From the NCBI GenBank assembly GCA_046349775.1, contig JAXMBS010000010.1, forward strand, positions 37,601-101,600: a stretch of DNA of 64,000 nucleotides, read 5' to 3'. Under the pieces are notes generated by a model, which had not been told where the DNA came from, made no database searches, and saw nothing but the letters and a program-made list of their open reading frames with translations. The translations under genes were made by a program, and so were the position numbers. This document shows positions 8,839 to 18,987 of the stretch, in pieces; position 1 is the stretch's first letter, and the number at the start of each line of letters is the position of its first letter. Source of the stretch: Planctomycetaceae bacterium. Its GTDB lineage: Bacteria > Planctomycetota > Planctomycetia > Planctomycetales > Planctomycetaceae.

Positions 8839-11800
8839 TCACCGCACAAAGACGAACTCCTTGACGTTCACCAGCACGTGGCAGTAGTCGGCCCAGACGC
8901 GCGGATCGTCCGGACCAAAGCGATATTCCTGGGTCTGCTGTGCCAGAAAGGCTTCTCCTTGTTCCAGTTCGGGTTCGCTCGGCGGACGACTGAAGGCGGA
9001 CTGGTAAAGCCGTTCGATCCGCTCGCGGCGGCTGGCCCGCGATGCATCGTGCAGCTCGTGTTCCGCCCACGCGCGGGCCTGCTGGATGACAAAGGGGTTG
9101 TTCATCAGGGCCAGCGCCTGCGCTGGGACGTTTGACACGCTGCGTCGTCCGATGGCCGTGTGCGGATTCGGGAAATCGAATGCTTGCAGCAGCGGTTCGG
9201 GGAAATTGCGGCGCACTGCCAGATACACACTGCGTCGGCCGGCGCCGTCGAGCGGGCCGGACTCCTGCGGACGTCCGCGCCCTTCGAGGAACGAAGTCAA
9301 ATGCAGCGGCACACTGCGACCGTAGAGCCGATCATCGAGCCGTCCCGATAAGGCCAGCAACTCGTCGCGGACAATCTCTCCTTCCAAACGCTTCAGCGGC
9401 ATTCGGTGCAGCAGAATGTTGAGCGGGTCGGCGGCATCGGCCGACTGATCGCCGCCGGATGCGCTGCTGTCCATCCGGTAGGCGGCGGAGAGCAGGATCA
9501 GCTGGTGGATGTGCTTGAGCGACCAGTCGTGGCGTACCAGCTCCGTCGCGAGCCAGTCCAGGAGTTCCGGATGAGACGGCGGTTGGCCCATGTGGCCGAA
9601 GTCGTCAGACGTCGGCACCAGGCCGCGCCCGAAGTAGTGCTGCCAGAGCCGGTTGACGATCACGCGCGGCACGATCGGCGACTGCCGCGGATCGATCATC
9701 TGCAGCGCCAGCTCGAGACGGCCGCTGGAACCAGGCGGGCGGTCGATAGCGGATGGCGGAGAGGCGGGAGACGCGGAGACAGGTTGAAAGACCTGCAGGT
9801 AACGGCGTGGAATGGTGTCGCCAGGCTTCTTCCAGTTTCCACGGATGAAGACGTATTCGTCCTCCGGCGTGCCGTCGGCGATCGCCAGTGCTGCCGGAGA
9901 CGTGTGCCTGACCTCCGCCAGCAGGGCATTCAGCCGGTTGACAAATGGAGCTGCCGCTGCCGCGAGATGTTCGAGTGTGCCGCGCGATTCGGGGCTCGCG
10001 GACTCGGGCGCGGCGAGCGCCGCCGCCAATCGCGTCACGTTCGAGGAGACGGCCGGTGGCGCGGGTGGCACGGTGTCCGACTGGACAACCTGCCTCACAC
10101 GCAGCGGTTCCTCGCCACGGACGACGATTTCCAGATGGGCCCGGTGTCCGACGTAGCGAGAGACGTCATGCTCGATCCATCGCCAGCCAGTCTCGGCGGG
10201 GGCGGCGTGCTGACTCAGCAGGGCGCCGTGCAACGGGCCGTTGATCGTCACGTGCGAGTCGACCACCAGATACAGATTGCAGCCGCCGGAGACCAGTAGA
10301 CAGAGGTGCTTGCGCTGGATTTCAAACGTTGGAGTCCGCAGCGTGTGTCCAGCGCGAGACCACCCGGCGAGACGGCCAGGATCATCAAGTTCACCGGCGG
10401 CGGTCCCGACGTTGTTCCACAGCGGATCCCGTTCGACGAACGCGGCCGCCGCGACGTCGCGGATCGGGCGCTGCGGGTCGCTCGTGAGCAGCACGTCTCC
10501 GGGCTGCACGACGCGCGTGCCGAACATCCCCCCTTCCGCGAGCGGGACGACGTCGGGCCGCGCGTAGTCGACGATCACTTCAGCGTCCGGCGGCAGCGCG
10601 GGGGCAGGGGCCGCGTCGTGCACGAGGTCATTCCCCGGCGGCTGTGCCAGCCATTCATCCAGTAACGGCCGCAGAGTGGTCGTCGCCGCGACGCGCACGG
10701 CGTCCAGTTCCTCCGCCACGCGGCGGTTGTGGTCCATCGACTCGTACAAGGCCTGGCGGTAGACCGAGCTTTGCAGGTAGCCCTGCAGAGCGTAGTAATC
10801 GCGCTGCGTGATCGGATCAAATTTATGGTCGTGGCAGCGTGCGCAGGCGACGGTCAGACCGAGGAACGTCTTGCCGTAGACGTCGAGCATGTTGGCGAAA
10901 CGCTCTGCTTCTTCCTGCCGGATATCAACCGGTGAGTGCACCCATTCGCCAAAGAACCAGAACCCGGTCGCCACGACGGACTCGTTGGCGCCGCTCGCCG
11001 GGCTGAACCGCGCCGGAAACCGGACCGCGTGTTCCGGCTGAGACTGCGCCGGCAGCAGATCTCCGGCGACGTGCTCGACGACGAACCGGTCGTAGGGCAC
11101 GTCGTCGTTAATAGCGCGGATGACGTAGTCGCGATAGTGCCAGGGGTTGGCGACGTCGTAATCAAATTCGTGACCGCGCGACTCCGCGTACCGGACCACG
11201 TCGAGCCAGTGGCGACCCCAGCGTTCGCCAAAATGCGGCGACGACAGCAGCCGTTCGACCACGGTCGCATACGCGTCCGGGGATTCATCGACGGCGAAGG
11301 CGGCGACTTCCCCCGGCTGCGGCGGAAGCCCGACCACGTCCAGGTAAGCGCGCCGGATCCAAACGGCGCGGTCGGCGGCTCCGGCCGGATGCAGTCCCGC
11401 CTGTTCCAGTCGTGCCAGGAGGAAACGGTCGGCCGGCGTCTGCGGCCAGTGCACGTCTTTGACTGCGGGGGGCGAAACACGCTGCAGCGGCTGGAAAGAC
11501 CAGTGACTGGCCCGCGCCGCAAAATCCATGCTCGAACTGGCGGCGGCAGCGGCTGCCCCGGTTGGCCAGGGGACGCCACTTCGCACCCACTCTTCCAGGG
11601 TGGAGATGGCCGCCGGGTCCAGCTTGCCGTCAGGCGGCATCTGATAGCCGTTCGGATCGTATTGGACGGCCTTAGTCAATTCGCTGCCGGCGACGTCCCC
11701 TGGAATCACTGCGGGTCCGGTGTCTCCCCCTTTGAGCAGGTTCTCTCGCGAATCGAGGACGAGATTGCCTTTATGGTCTTTCGCGTTGTGGCATTTCTGG

Positions 11801-11964
11801 CAATGCTCGGCGAGCAGCGGGCGGACCTTGTTCTCAAAGAATTCGAGCTGTTCAGTGGAGAATTGCGGTTCGCTGCCGCGCACAGGTGTGGCACTGAGCA
11901 CGCCCGCCAAAACGACCGCGAGGGTCGGCAGAACTCCGGATCGAAAAATGTCCACGCCATCCAC
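8839..11964 (-). CDS. PSD1-type giant protein: Planctomycete cytochrome-c-like domain (PSCyt1) + DUF1549 + DUF1553
   Basis: Signal peptide. CQKCHNAKDHKGNLVLDSRENLLKGGDTGPAVIPG (PSCyt1 heme-binding-like CxxCH). DUF1549 block (FGERWGRHWLDVVRYAES). C-terminal DUF1553 block (ALALMNNPF). Confidence 0.8.
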   Translation of the reverse strand: MDGVDIFRSGVLPTLAVVLAGVLSATPVRGSEPQFSTEQLEFFENKVRPLLAEHCQKCHNAKDHKGNLVLDSRENLLKGGDTGPAVIPGDVAGSELTKAVQYDPNGYQMPPDGKLDPAAISTLEEWVRSGVPWPTGAAAAAASSSMDFAARASHWSFQPLQRVSPPAVKDVHWPQTPADRFLLARLEQAGLHPAGAADRAVWIRRAYLDVVGLPPQPGEVAAFAVDESPDAYATVVERLLSSPHFGERWGRHWLDVVRYAESRGHEFDYDVANPWHYRDYVIRAINDDVPYDRFVVEHVAGDLLPAQSQPEHAVRFPARFSPASGANESVVATGFWFFGEWVHSPVDIRQEEAERFANMLDVYGKTFLGLTVACARCHDHKFDPITQRDYYALQGYLQSSVYRQALYESMDHNRRVAEELDAVRVAATTTLRPLLDEWLAQPPGNDLVHDAAPAPALPPDAEVIVDYARPDVVPLAEGGMFGTRVVQPGDVLLTSDPQRPIRDVAAAAFVERDPLWNNVGTAAGELDDPGRLAGWSRAGHTLRTPTFEIQRKHLCLLVSGGCNLYLVVDSHVTINGPLHGALLSQHAAPAETGWRWIEHDVSRYVGHRAHLEIVVRGEEPLRVRQVVQSDTVPPAPPAVSSNVTRLAAALAAPESASPESRGTLEHLAAAAAPFVNRLNALLAEVRHTSPAALAIADGTPEDEYVFIRGNWKKPGDTIPRRYLQVFQPVSASPASPPSAIDRPPGSSGRLELALQMIDPRQSPIVPRVIVNRLWQHYFGRGLVPTSDDFGHMGQPPSHPELLDWLATELVRHDWSLKHIHQLILLSAAYRMDSSASGGDQSADAADPLNILLHRMPLKRLEGEIVRDELLALSGRLDDRLYGRSVPLHLTSFLEGRGRPQESGPLDGAGRRSVYLAVRRNFPEPLLQAFDFPNPHTAIGRRSVSNVPAQALALMNNPFVIQQARAWAEHELHDASRASRRERIERLYQSAFSRPPSEPELEQGEAFLAQQTQEYRFGPDDPRVWADYCHVLVNVKEFVFVR

Positions 11965-12208
11965 GTCCTGGATTCCTGACGATCAATCGGTCGGTCAACT
12001 GCGCGTGATGAATTCTATCAGGACTGGAAAACAGGTCGCCACCGCCAGCCTTGGCAGCGCTGAACAGCGGACGGAACCAGCGCTAGCAGTCTGGAACAGC
12101 AGGTAACGAAGGTAACGAAGAAGTGTTACAAGGGCTGTTGCTCGGGTGGCTCATGGGCACTCGACAACCACCTTCGATTCCTGCTTTGCCATCTGTGCTA
12201 GCCTTCAC

Positions 12209-13756
12209 TCAGACCGGAGAATCCCTCTCTCTCGTCGATTTCGAATCGGCCGCGACGATCGCGTCAAGCAGGCCATCCCACGTGTAGACCGAAGCCACTG
12301 CCGACACAGGTAGCCCGGCTTCCGCCGCGGCCTCGGCCGTGACAGGGCTGATCGCAGCCAGCCGGACAGAGCGCCCGACATGTACCCGGGCGGCAGGACT
12401 CAAGAGTGCGGCCAGACGCCGAGCAATGGTTGGGCTGCTCAGGCCGACCCATTGCAGTGCGCCTGATTCCAGCAACGACGACGCCGGTTCGGGCAGTCGC
12501 TCCAAGTCCACGTTCTGATAGGCCACGACCTCATCCACGGCGGCCCCGGCCGCGCGCAGCATCTCCGGCAGCACGTCGCGTCCCCGGCTTGCCCTTGCCC
12601 AAAGGAGTCGCTGGCCCTTGACGTGTGGAACGAGCGCTGCGGCGAGCGCCTCCGCGCGAAACGATTCCGGCACAACGTCCGCCCGCAGTTGCCGAGCTGC
12701 CAGCGCGTCTGCCGTGGAGGCGCCGATCGCGGCGAGCCGGATGTGGCCGAGCCTCCGAGTATCTTGCCCGCGCGCCCACAGCCGTCCGAGAAACTGCTCC
12801 ACGCCGTTGACGCTCGTGAACACCAGCCAGTCGTACTGATCGAGCTGGTCCAGCTTCTCGTCGACCGCGCGCCAGTCATCTGGCGGCAGAATCTGGATCA
12901 ACGGCATCAGGATCGGTTCCGCGCCGAGTTCGAGGCAGCGGGCGATGACGGCGTCGGCCTGCGCGTCCGGTCGGGTAATGCCAATGCGCCGGCCCAGCAG
13001 CGGGCGGCGCTCGTACCAGACCAGCTCCCCGCGCTGTGCGATCACGTCGCCGATGATGATGACCGACGGCGGCTGCAACTCCGCGCTGGCAGTGTCGGCA
13101 GCGAGCCGATCGAGAGTGGAGACAACGGTTCGCTGTTGCGAAGTTGCCGCTCGGGCGACGACTGCCGCCGGTGTGCACGGCGGTTTGCCGTGCGCTATCA
13201 ACGCATCGGCGATGGCCGCAACGCGGTGCAGGCCCATGTAAAACACCAGAGTGCCCGGAAACCTGGCGAGCGCTGCGTAGTCCAGGAGCGCCACCGGCTT
13301 CGACGGATCCTCGTGGCCGGTGACGAACGCCACGGCCGAGGACGTTTCGCGGTGCGTAAAGGAGAATCCCGCGTACGCGCCTGCGGCAGCCGCGGCCGTG
13401 ATGCCGGGCACGATTTCAAACGGAATCCCGGCCGCTTTAAGTGCGGCTGCTTCTTCGGCGCCGCGGCCGAAGATCAGCGGATCGCCCCCTTTGAGACGCA
13501 CGACCGTCTGACCGGCACGGGCGGCATCGATCAACTGGCGATTGATCTCTGCCTGGTCGAGCCGGCGGCCATCGGGGCCAGTGGATCGCGCGGTCCGCTT
13601 TGCGACCCCGTGCGCATGCCGCAGGATCAGCGGATTGACCAGCCCGTCGTACAGCACCAGGTCGGCGCGTTGCAGGCATTCCTGCCCGCGCAGTGTCAGC
13701 AGTCCCGGATCCCCCGGGCCGGCGCCGACCAGATACACCGTTCCCACGCTGGACAT
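12209..13756 (-). CDS. cobA: Bifunctional uroporphyrinogen-III C-methyltransferase / uroporphyrinogen-III synthase (CobA-HemD fusion)
   Basis: N-terminal VYLVGAGPGDPGLLTLRG ... LVLYD SUMT signature. C-terminal HemD-like half (RRIGITRPDAQAD ... ). The ORF-track start at 13798 is likely an extension; the start is set at MSSVGTVY. Confidence 0.8.
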   Translation of the reverse strand: MSSVGTVYLVGAGPGDPGLLTLRGQECLQRADLVLYDGLVNPLILRHAHGVAKRTARSTGPDGRRLDQAEINRQLIDAARAGQTVVRLKGGDPLIFGRGAEEAAALKAAGIPFEIVPGITAAAAAGAYAGFSFTHRETSSAVAFVTGHEDPSKPVALLDYAALARFPGTLVFYMGLHRVAAIADALIAHGKPPCTPAAVVARAATSQQRTVVSTLDRLAADTASAELQPPSVIIIGDVIAQRGELVWYERRPLLGRRIGITRPDAQADAVIARCLELGAEPILMPLIQILPPDDWRAVDEKLDQLDQYDWLVFTSVNGVEQFLGRLWARGQDTRRLGHIRLAAIGASTADALAARQLRADVVPESFRAEALAAALVPHVKGQRLLWARASRGRDVLPEMLRAAGAAVDEVVAYQNVDLERLPEPASSLLESGALQWVGLSSPTIARRLAALLSPAARVHVGRSVRLAAISPVTAEAAAEAGLPVSAVASVYTWDGLLDAIVAADSKSTRERDSPV

Positions 13757-13856
13757 GCCGTCCCGATTCGTAACCACGCGGCGTGCTGACTGTCTCACCG
13801 CTGATAATAACCGCTCAGACGACCGGGCGGAGCCATCGCGCGGCCGTCGTTGCGTG

Positions 13857-15296
13857 TCATTTCGCGGACAGGCCGTGGCAGCGCCGGTAAACGGAGAGGA
13901 TCCGCTCGCGACCGATTTCGTCGATCAGGCTGTTCCACTCGGTCGCGGCCTGCTGCAGCGCCGCCGCGGCCGGCGTCCGGTCTTCGATCGCGTCCGTCAC
14001 GTGCGCGGTCAGCTTCTCGCGAAAGCGTGACGCCTCCGGCAGCGGGAGATCAAACAGGACGCGTGTCTCCAGCAGCACGGCCACGGTCGTCTCCAGGTGC
14101 CTGCGCCATTCCGGGGAAGTAAAGCCCGGCGCGGCCTTGCGCATCGCCGCCGGCAGGTCGACACTCCGGCAGATAGCCGGGCCGAAGGGTACGTCGTCTT
14201 CGGTGGTGTTTCGACGCATCGACGCCCAGAACTCCCAGGCCGCGTCGCGCTGCGCGGCATCGACTGTTGCGGAGGCGCAGACGGCGAACCCCTCAAAACC
14301 GACAACGGTCACGCGCGCCGCGGTTCCGGCGGGAACGGCCGTCCAAGCCCCGGCGCTGCGATCGTAGATGCGGCTGGCGCCCGGCAGTTTCGACGTGCCG
14401 ACGACGGCCATGGCGTCACTGCGCGGGGCGATCGGTTCATCCAGCTGCGGCGGCAGCCCGATCGCCAGCGCCGCCCGACCTTCCAGCACTGCCCGGCAGC
14501 ATTCCTGCGGCGACATCTGCAGCGACTGAGAGTCGAGGACTGCCAGCGCAGTGCGGCTGTCTTCGAGGGCCTGCACAAACGGCGGTCCGTTCACCAGTGG
14601 AGAGGCGTCCTGCAGATCCAGCAGGATCGACACGTTATCAGGGTGCAGTGCATATCCGGCGGCGCGGCCCAGCAGCATCGTGCTGCGAAATTCGGCGCTC
14701 CACGGTTCGAACGCCGGCAAACCGCCGGACCACTCAGCCAGGCTCGCCAGCAGCGCCTGATATTGTTCCCACGTGACCGGCGGTTGACGGCCGGCTGCTT
14801 CCAGCAGATCGGCCCGGTAATAGCACGCCAGGACCGGGCAGGCGACCGGAATCAGCAGTCGCTGGCCGCCGGGTTGCGCTATTCCATTTCGCAAGCCGCG
14901 CAGCGTCTCTTCCCAGTCGGTTGCGGCGCCCGCATTGTCGATCGGCGCCGGCCAGTTCGCGTCCACGAGGCGCGGCAATTGTGCCAGCGGGACCACCGCC
15001 AGCGCTGCCGAGGCCGGCGGCAGTGGTCCGTCAAGTCCTTCCTCGTTGACCCGACAGACCGCGCCGGTGGCTGCCTGCCACTCGTCAATCTGAATGCTCC
15101 ATTTTTGGGATAATCGCAACGACGGCGGGGCGCAGACTTCGACGGTGGTCCCCTTCAAGGCGGGCGGAGCGACCGCAACAGTCGGGGTCGTCGGCTGCCG
15201 GCACCCGGTCGCCAGCCAGCAGACCGCCAGCAGCAGTCCTGTCGTTGGGAGTCGACCGGCAGTGCGCGGCGCCGGTCTGGTGATCGATCGCATCAT
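13857..15296 (-). CDS. Lipoprotein, probable extracellular solute-binding protein (family 1-like)
   Basis: Lipobox-like LLLAVCWLATGC after a basic N-terminus. Size and composition fit periplasmic SBP_bac_1-type proteins. No definitive motif. Confidence 0.5.
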   Translation of the reverse strand: MMRSITRPAPRTAGRLPTTGLLLAVCWLATGCRQPTTPTVAVAPPALKGTTVEVCAPPSLRLSQKWSIQIDEWQAATGAVCRVNEEGLDGPLPPASAALAVVPLAQLPRLVDANWPAPIDNAGAATDWEETLRGLRNGIAQPGGQRLLIPVACPVLACYYRADLLEAAGRQPPVTWEQYQALLASLAEWSGGLPAFEPWSAEFRSTMLLGRAAGYALHPDNVSILLDLQDASPLVNGPPFVQALEDSRTALAVLDSQSLQMSPQECCRAVLEGRAALAIGLPPQLDEPIAPRSDAMAVVGTSKLPGASRIYDRSAGAWTAVPAGTAARVTVVGFEGFAVCASATVDAAQRDAAWEFWASMRRNTTEDDVPFGPAICRSVDLPAAMRKAAPGFTSPEWRRHLETTVAVLLETRVLFDLPLPEASRFREKLTAHVTDAIEDRTPAAAALQQAATEWNSLIDEIGRERILSVYRRCHGLSAK

Positions 15297-15407
15297 GGGG
15301 AGGACATGGACTGCCAGGCAGCGGCCGTTTTCGTCGTCACACACTCGGCGCGACGATCATGGCCGTCCGCATCTCGCTCCGCGGACGATGAAGTGACGTG
15401 GCTGCAT

Positions 15408-18400
15408 TCAGGGCGCTGCGCCTGCCTTCTGGCGCGCGGATTCCGGTGGGGCCGACGGGCCGGTTCCCGCGTCAGCGCCGGGAGTCGGCGTCGCATTCGT
15501 TGCTGCGCCCGAGGGCTCTGTGGAATCGGCCGCCGGTGCATTGCCCGATGGGTTCGCGTCGGCGGGAGTGTCCGGCGCGAACATGTCGCCCCACACGGGA
15601 ATATCCTGCGACGGCGGCGAAAACGATTCCGGATTCCCCGTCAGACTCGACGCGTAAAACACTGCCAATGCGCGCAATTCGGACTCCGGATCGCGCTCCA
15701 CCAGAGTGGTCAGCCGCTGCGCAGCGGCGTGATTGCGACCATCCTCCATGTCGCAGGCGGCGATCAGGTATTGATCGCGATTCCATTGCTGCGGATACGC
15801 GTACAGGAGGTCGCCGGCAATCGACACGCGCGAAATCATGCGCGCGTCGAGGAGGTCCGGGAACGCGTGCGTCAACGGCACCGACGACAAACCGGGTTGC
15901 TCGCCGGGCTTGGGACTCATGCCGAGGGTTGACTGCATGCGCATTTCGGTGGCGGCGGCGGCGTCTTCTTCGAGTAACGTCCGGACGCGCTCGTAATTGC
16001 CGGCGGCAATGTTGGCGTAAGCCGTCGTATTGCGCCAGCGACTGACCTCAAATGGTCCCTGCTGGAGCATCACGGTGGACATCGACTCCAGCCGGTCCAC
16101 GGCTTCGCTGATCCGTCCAACGTCCAGCAGGAGGTCCGCCATCAGCAGTTGCAGGCTCGCGTTCTGGGCCACGATCGTCTGGTCCTCTTCCAGCAGCCGC
16201 AGCGCCTCGCCGGGCAGGTTGCGGTTGATCGCCGAAGAGACGACATCGATGCGGCCGGTCTGGGACTCCATCATCTTCTCGGACGCGAGCGACTCCTGCA
16301 GTTCCTTCCGCACGTCGACGATCTGTTTATCCAGTTGGGTCATGATCTCGCGGTTCTGTTCGATCTCGGCCCGGCCCTCCTCGCTCGTCGGTTCCGCCAA
16401 TGTCAGCGTGCCGGTGATGCGTTCCACCTCGTGCAGGTGCGCAATCGCCAGGTCGTACTTCCTGGCATTCATCATCATCTGGAACAGCGCCATTTGCGTG
16501 GTCGCGTCATCGGGATTGCACCGTGCCGCCTGCAGCAGGGCCGACAGCGCCTGCCGTGCACGAACAGTCCCCGTGGCGACGCCGCGCGTCGGATCGAGGT
16601 ATGTCTCCAGCTGATTCAATCCCACATAGCACGTCGACAACGCGCCGTAGGCGTCCGCCGAGTTCGGATCGCTCACCAGTCCGCGGCGGGCATGCCGGAT
16701 GGCCAGCATCGCGAGCGCAGCGGAATAGTCCTGTGTCACCCGGCCAGAGAGCGCCAACCGCAACTGTGCGTAGTGCCGCGACAGTTGCACGTCGTTGGAG
16801 GCGACGTGCTTCGGCAGCACCAGCATTTCTTCGTACCACGACGGCTCGCGCGGTGGCGCAATCCCCGGAAGCGGCGCGGGGTCTTCGGCCCCGTCGCGGG
16901 GAAACGCCAACTTCAGAAAGTCTGAGCCGGGATGGGCCGCGAGGTAGTCGGCCAGCGGCTGGTCGTCGGCGCGATACCAGTACATGGCGGCCGATGCGGC
17001 GCCCAGCTTGGCGAGCCGCCACTCCCGTTCCGGATCGCTCATCAGATCGAAAAACGTCTCGTAGTTGGGGCGCCGGCCCGACAGGCGGGGCAACGCGTGC
17101 GAAATCTGAAACTCCGTGAACGCCGCGTGCCACTCGTCACGCTGACCCATCCGACTGTCGTTGCTCGTGCGCTGGCGCAGCGCCAGACGCAGTTTCCGAT
17201 GTCGCTCGGCCAGATTCAGCTGCGCACTGGCGTACATTGCCAGACGCGAATCGACAAACGGCTTGTGCCCGATCCAAATCAGCAGATCTCCCTGCGCCGG
17301 ATTGAAATTGAACGACCGATCGTCATACGAATCCGTCAGCAGGTCCTGCAGGCTGGCGATCGTTGCCGACATTTCCGGGTCCAGGCCCATGCCGATCCGG
17401 CGGCCGTCGGCGCCCATCAATCGCCCGCTGACGGCGAAATACGCCAGCGCAAACATGCCGATCACCGTCACGGCCCGGCCACCCCGCGAAAACAGGAGTT
17501 CGGCCGCTTCCACGGAGTACGACTGACGGAAGTTCCTCCGGTACCACTCCTGGCCATTGACGGCCGCCAGCGCGGCGAAAACGGCGCCGGCTGCCAGCAG
17601 CGCGTGCACTGACACCAGTGCCAGACCGATCATTGCCAGCCACGTCAGCAGATGGCTCATTCGCAGATGCCGGCGATTCAAAGCCATCGACAGCAGCGCG
17701 GCGAACGCAGTCAGGAGACCGGCCATGGTAAAGACGTTGAACTCCCGCCAAAAGATACGATCGACCAGCCGTAACGACAGGAAGTTGAATTCGAACCCCT
17801 CGTTGATGTACTGCAGTCGCTCAATCGGATCGACCCAGTACAGCAACTGCGGCGCCCGGGCGACGTGCACATGAAACGGATGCACGAACATCGCCAGAAT
17901 TCCGCCGATCGCAAACACCCAGACCGCGCCGCGCGAGCCAATCGTTGTTCGGCGGGCATCAATCAGGTCTCCCAGGGCATAGGCCAGCACCACCGCCGCA
18001 CCAAGAAATGCGTGTCCGTCGAGGTTGCTCCACAGCCACAGGAGCGGCAGGAGCAGGATGTAACGGGCGCCGTCCGGTCGCTCTTCGGCCTTCAGCAAGA
18101 GCAGCATCGTCAGCGACAGCCCGAGGATCGCGATGCTGTCGGGCCCCGGTCGCAGCAGCGGGAAAGCCGCCAGCGCCGCCAGCGTGACGCAGATCGATCC
18201 CCACCAGTTGGACACACCCTTGCGCGACACGGCAGTCACGCACCAGAAACTGATCCCTGCCAATACGGCGGCGAGGACCGTCAGCGCAATGTCGCCCCCT
18301 ATGCCGTAGACGGACGACAACAACAGGTCTCCCAGCCAGGAAAAATTCAGCCAGGGCTGCTCAGTAGCCGACACCGAAAACACGTCCGTTCGCGGCGGGA

Positions 18401-18713
18401 GCCAACCGTGTGCCGCCAGGTACTGCCCGGTCTTGATCCGCACCAGAGTCAGCGATTCCGAGACCTCCGTCCAGCCGAGGAGCACGGCCAGCAGGACTGC
18501 CGACCACCGCAGCATGAAGTCGCCGCGGACAGCTTCGTCCTCCACGAGCTCCGGAGTGAGTGGTTCAATTTCTGGAAGCCCCTCGTCGACGTCCAGCGGA
18601 GCATCGCCGGTCATCGCAGTCGTCGTCACGGGCTGCGACGACTTGGGGGCGGACGGTTCCTGTTCGCCCGGTTTTGCTGGGGTGCTGTCCACGGGATTAA
18701 CCAGTTCTGACAA
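15408..18713 (-). CDS. Polytopic membrane protein (GT-C/PMT-like N-terminal domain) with long C-terminal TPR-like repeat region
   Basis: About 450 aa with at least 10 hydrophobic helices, followed by about 550 aa of helical repeats with TPR-like A/L/Y periodicity. Acidic Pro/Ala-rich tail. Confidence 0.6.
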   Translation of the reverse strand: MSELVNPVDSTPAKPGEQEPSAPKSSQPVTTTAMTGDAPLDVDEGLPEIEPLTPELVEDEAVRGDFMLRWSAVLLAVLLGWTEVSESLTLVRIKTGQYLAAHGWLPPRTDVFSVSATEQPWLNFSWLGDLLLSSVYGIGGDIALTVLAAVLAGISFWCVTAVSRKGVSNWWGSICVTLAALAAFPLLRPGPDSIAILGLSLTMLLLLKAEERPDGARYILLLPLLWLWSNLDGHAFLGAAVVLAYALGDLIDARRTTIGSRGAVWVFAIGGILAMFVHPFHVHVARAPQLLYWVDPIERLQYINEGFEFNFLSLRLVDRIFWREFNVFTMAGLLTAFAALLSMALNRRHLRMSHLLTWLAMIGLALVSVHALLAAGAVFAALAAVNGQEWYRRNFRQSYSVEAAELLFSRGGRAVTVIGMFALAYFAVSGRLMGADGRRIGMGLDPEMSATIASLQDLLTDSYDDRSFNFNPAQGDLLIWIGHKPFVDSRLAMYASAQLNLAERHRKLRLALRQRTSNDSRMGQRDEWHAAFTEFQISHALPRLSGRRPNYETFFDLMSDPEREWRLAKLGAASAAMYWYRADDQPLADYLAAHPGSDFLKLAFPRDGAEDPAPLPGIAPPREPSWYEEMLVLPKHVASNDVQLSRHYAQLRLALSGRVTQDYSAALAMLAIRHARRGLVSDPNSADAYGALSTCYVGLNQLETYLDPTRGVATGTVRARQALSALLQAARCNPDDATTQMALFQMMMNARKYDLAIAHLHEVERITGTLTLAEPTSEEGRAEIEQNREIMTQLDKQIVDVRKELQESLASEKMMESQTGRIDVVSSAINRNLPGEALRLLEEDQTIVAQNASLQLLMADLLLDVGRISEAVDRLESMSTVMLQQGPFEVSRWRNTTAYANIAAGNYERVRTLLEEDAAAATEMRMQSTLGMSPKPGEQPGLSSVPLTHAFPDLLDARMISRVSIAGDLLYAYPQQWNRDQYLIAACDMEDGRNHAAAQRLTTLVERDPESELRALAVFYASSLTGNPESFSPPSQDIPVWGDMFAPDTPADANPSGNAPAADSTEPSGAATNATPTPGADAGTGPSAPPESARQKAGAAP

Positions 18714-18987
18714 AAGGAATTACGCAGAATCAATGCGGAATGAGGGCGCAGCCGCGGCGGGATGAGATCGACGCAGCCAAATCCGACCCGCATGCTACGG
18801 GTCGGCCGGAGCACAGGTCAACCATCTTCTGGTTGTTTCAGCACTTGCGCTGCCGAGTGACCTCACGCTTCTCGGACAATTGCGACAAGTCGGTCAGACG
18901 CCCCGTTAAACACTTGCACACTAAGCCGCGAATCACGACGATCAGTCGGTCCTGTCTCCCGGACTTCACGGAACGAAGGAGTCGCGA

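Noticed and set aside
12190-12240. TTCGAATC-containing stretch (GTCGATTTCGAATCGGCC) resembling a tRNA T-loop
   Set aside because: No flanking acceptor, D or anticodon arms can be formed. It lies at the 3' end of the cobA-hemD coding region. No other tRNA-like GGTTCGA(A/G)TCC contexts were found in intergenic DNA.
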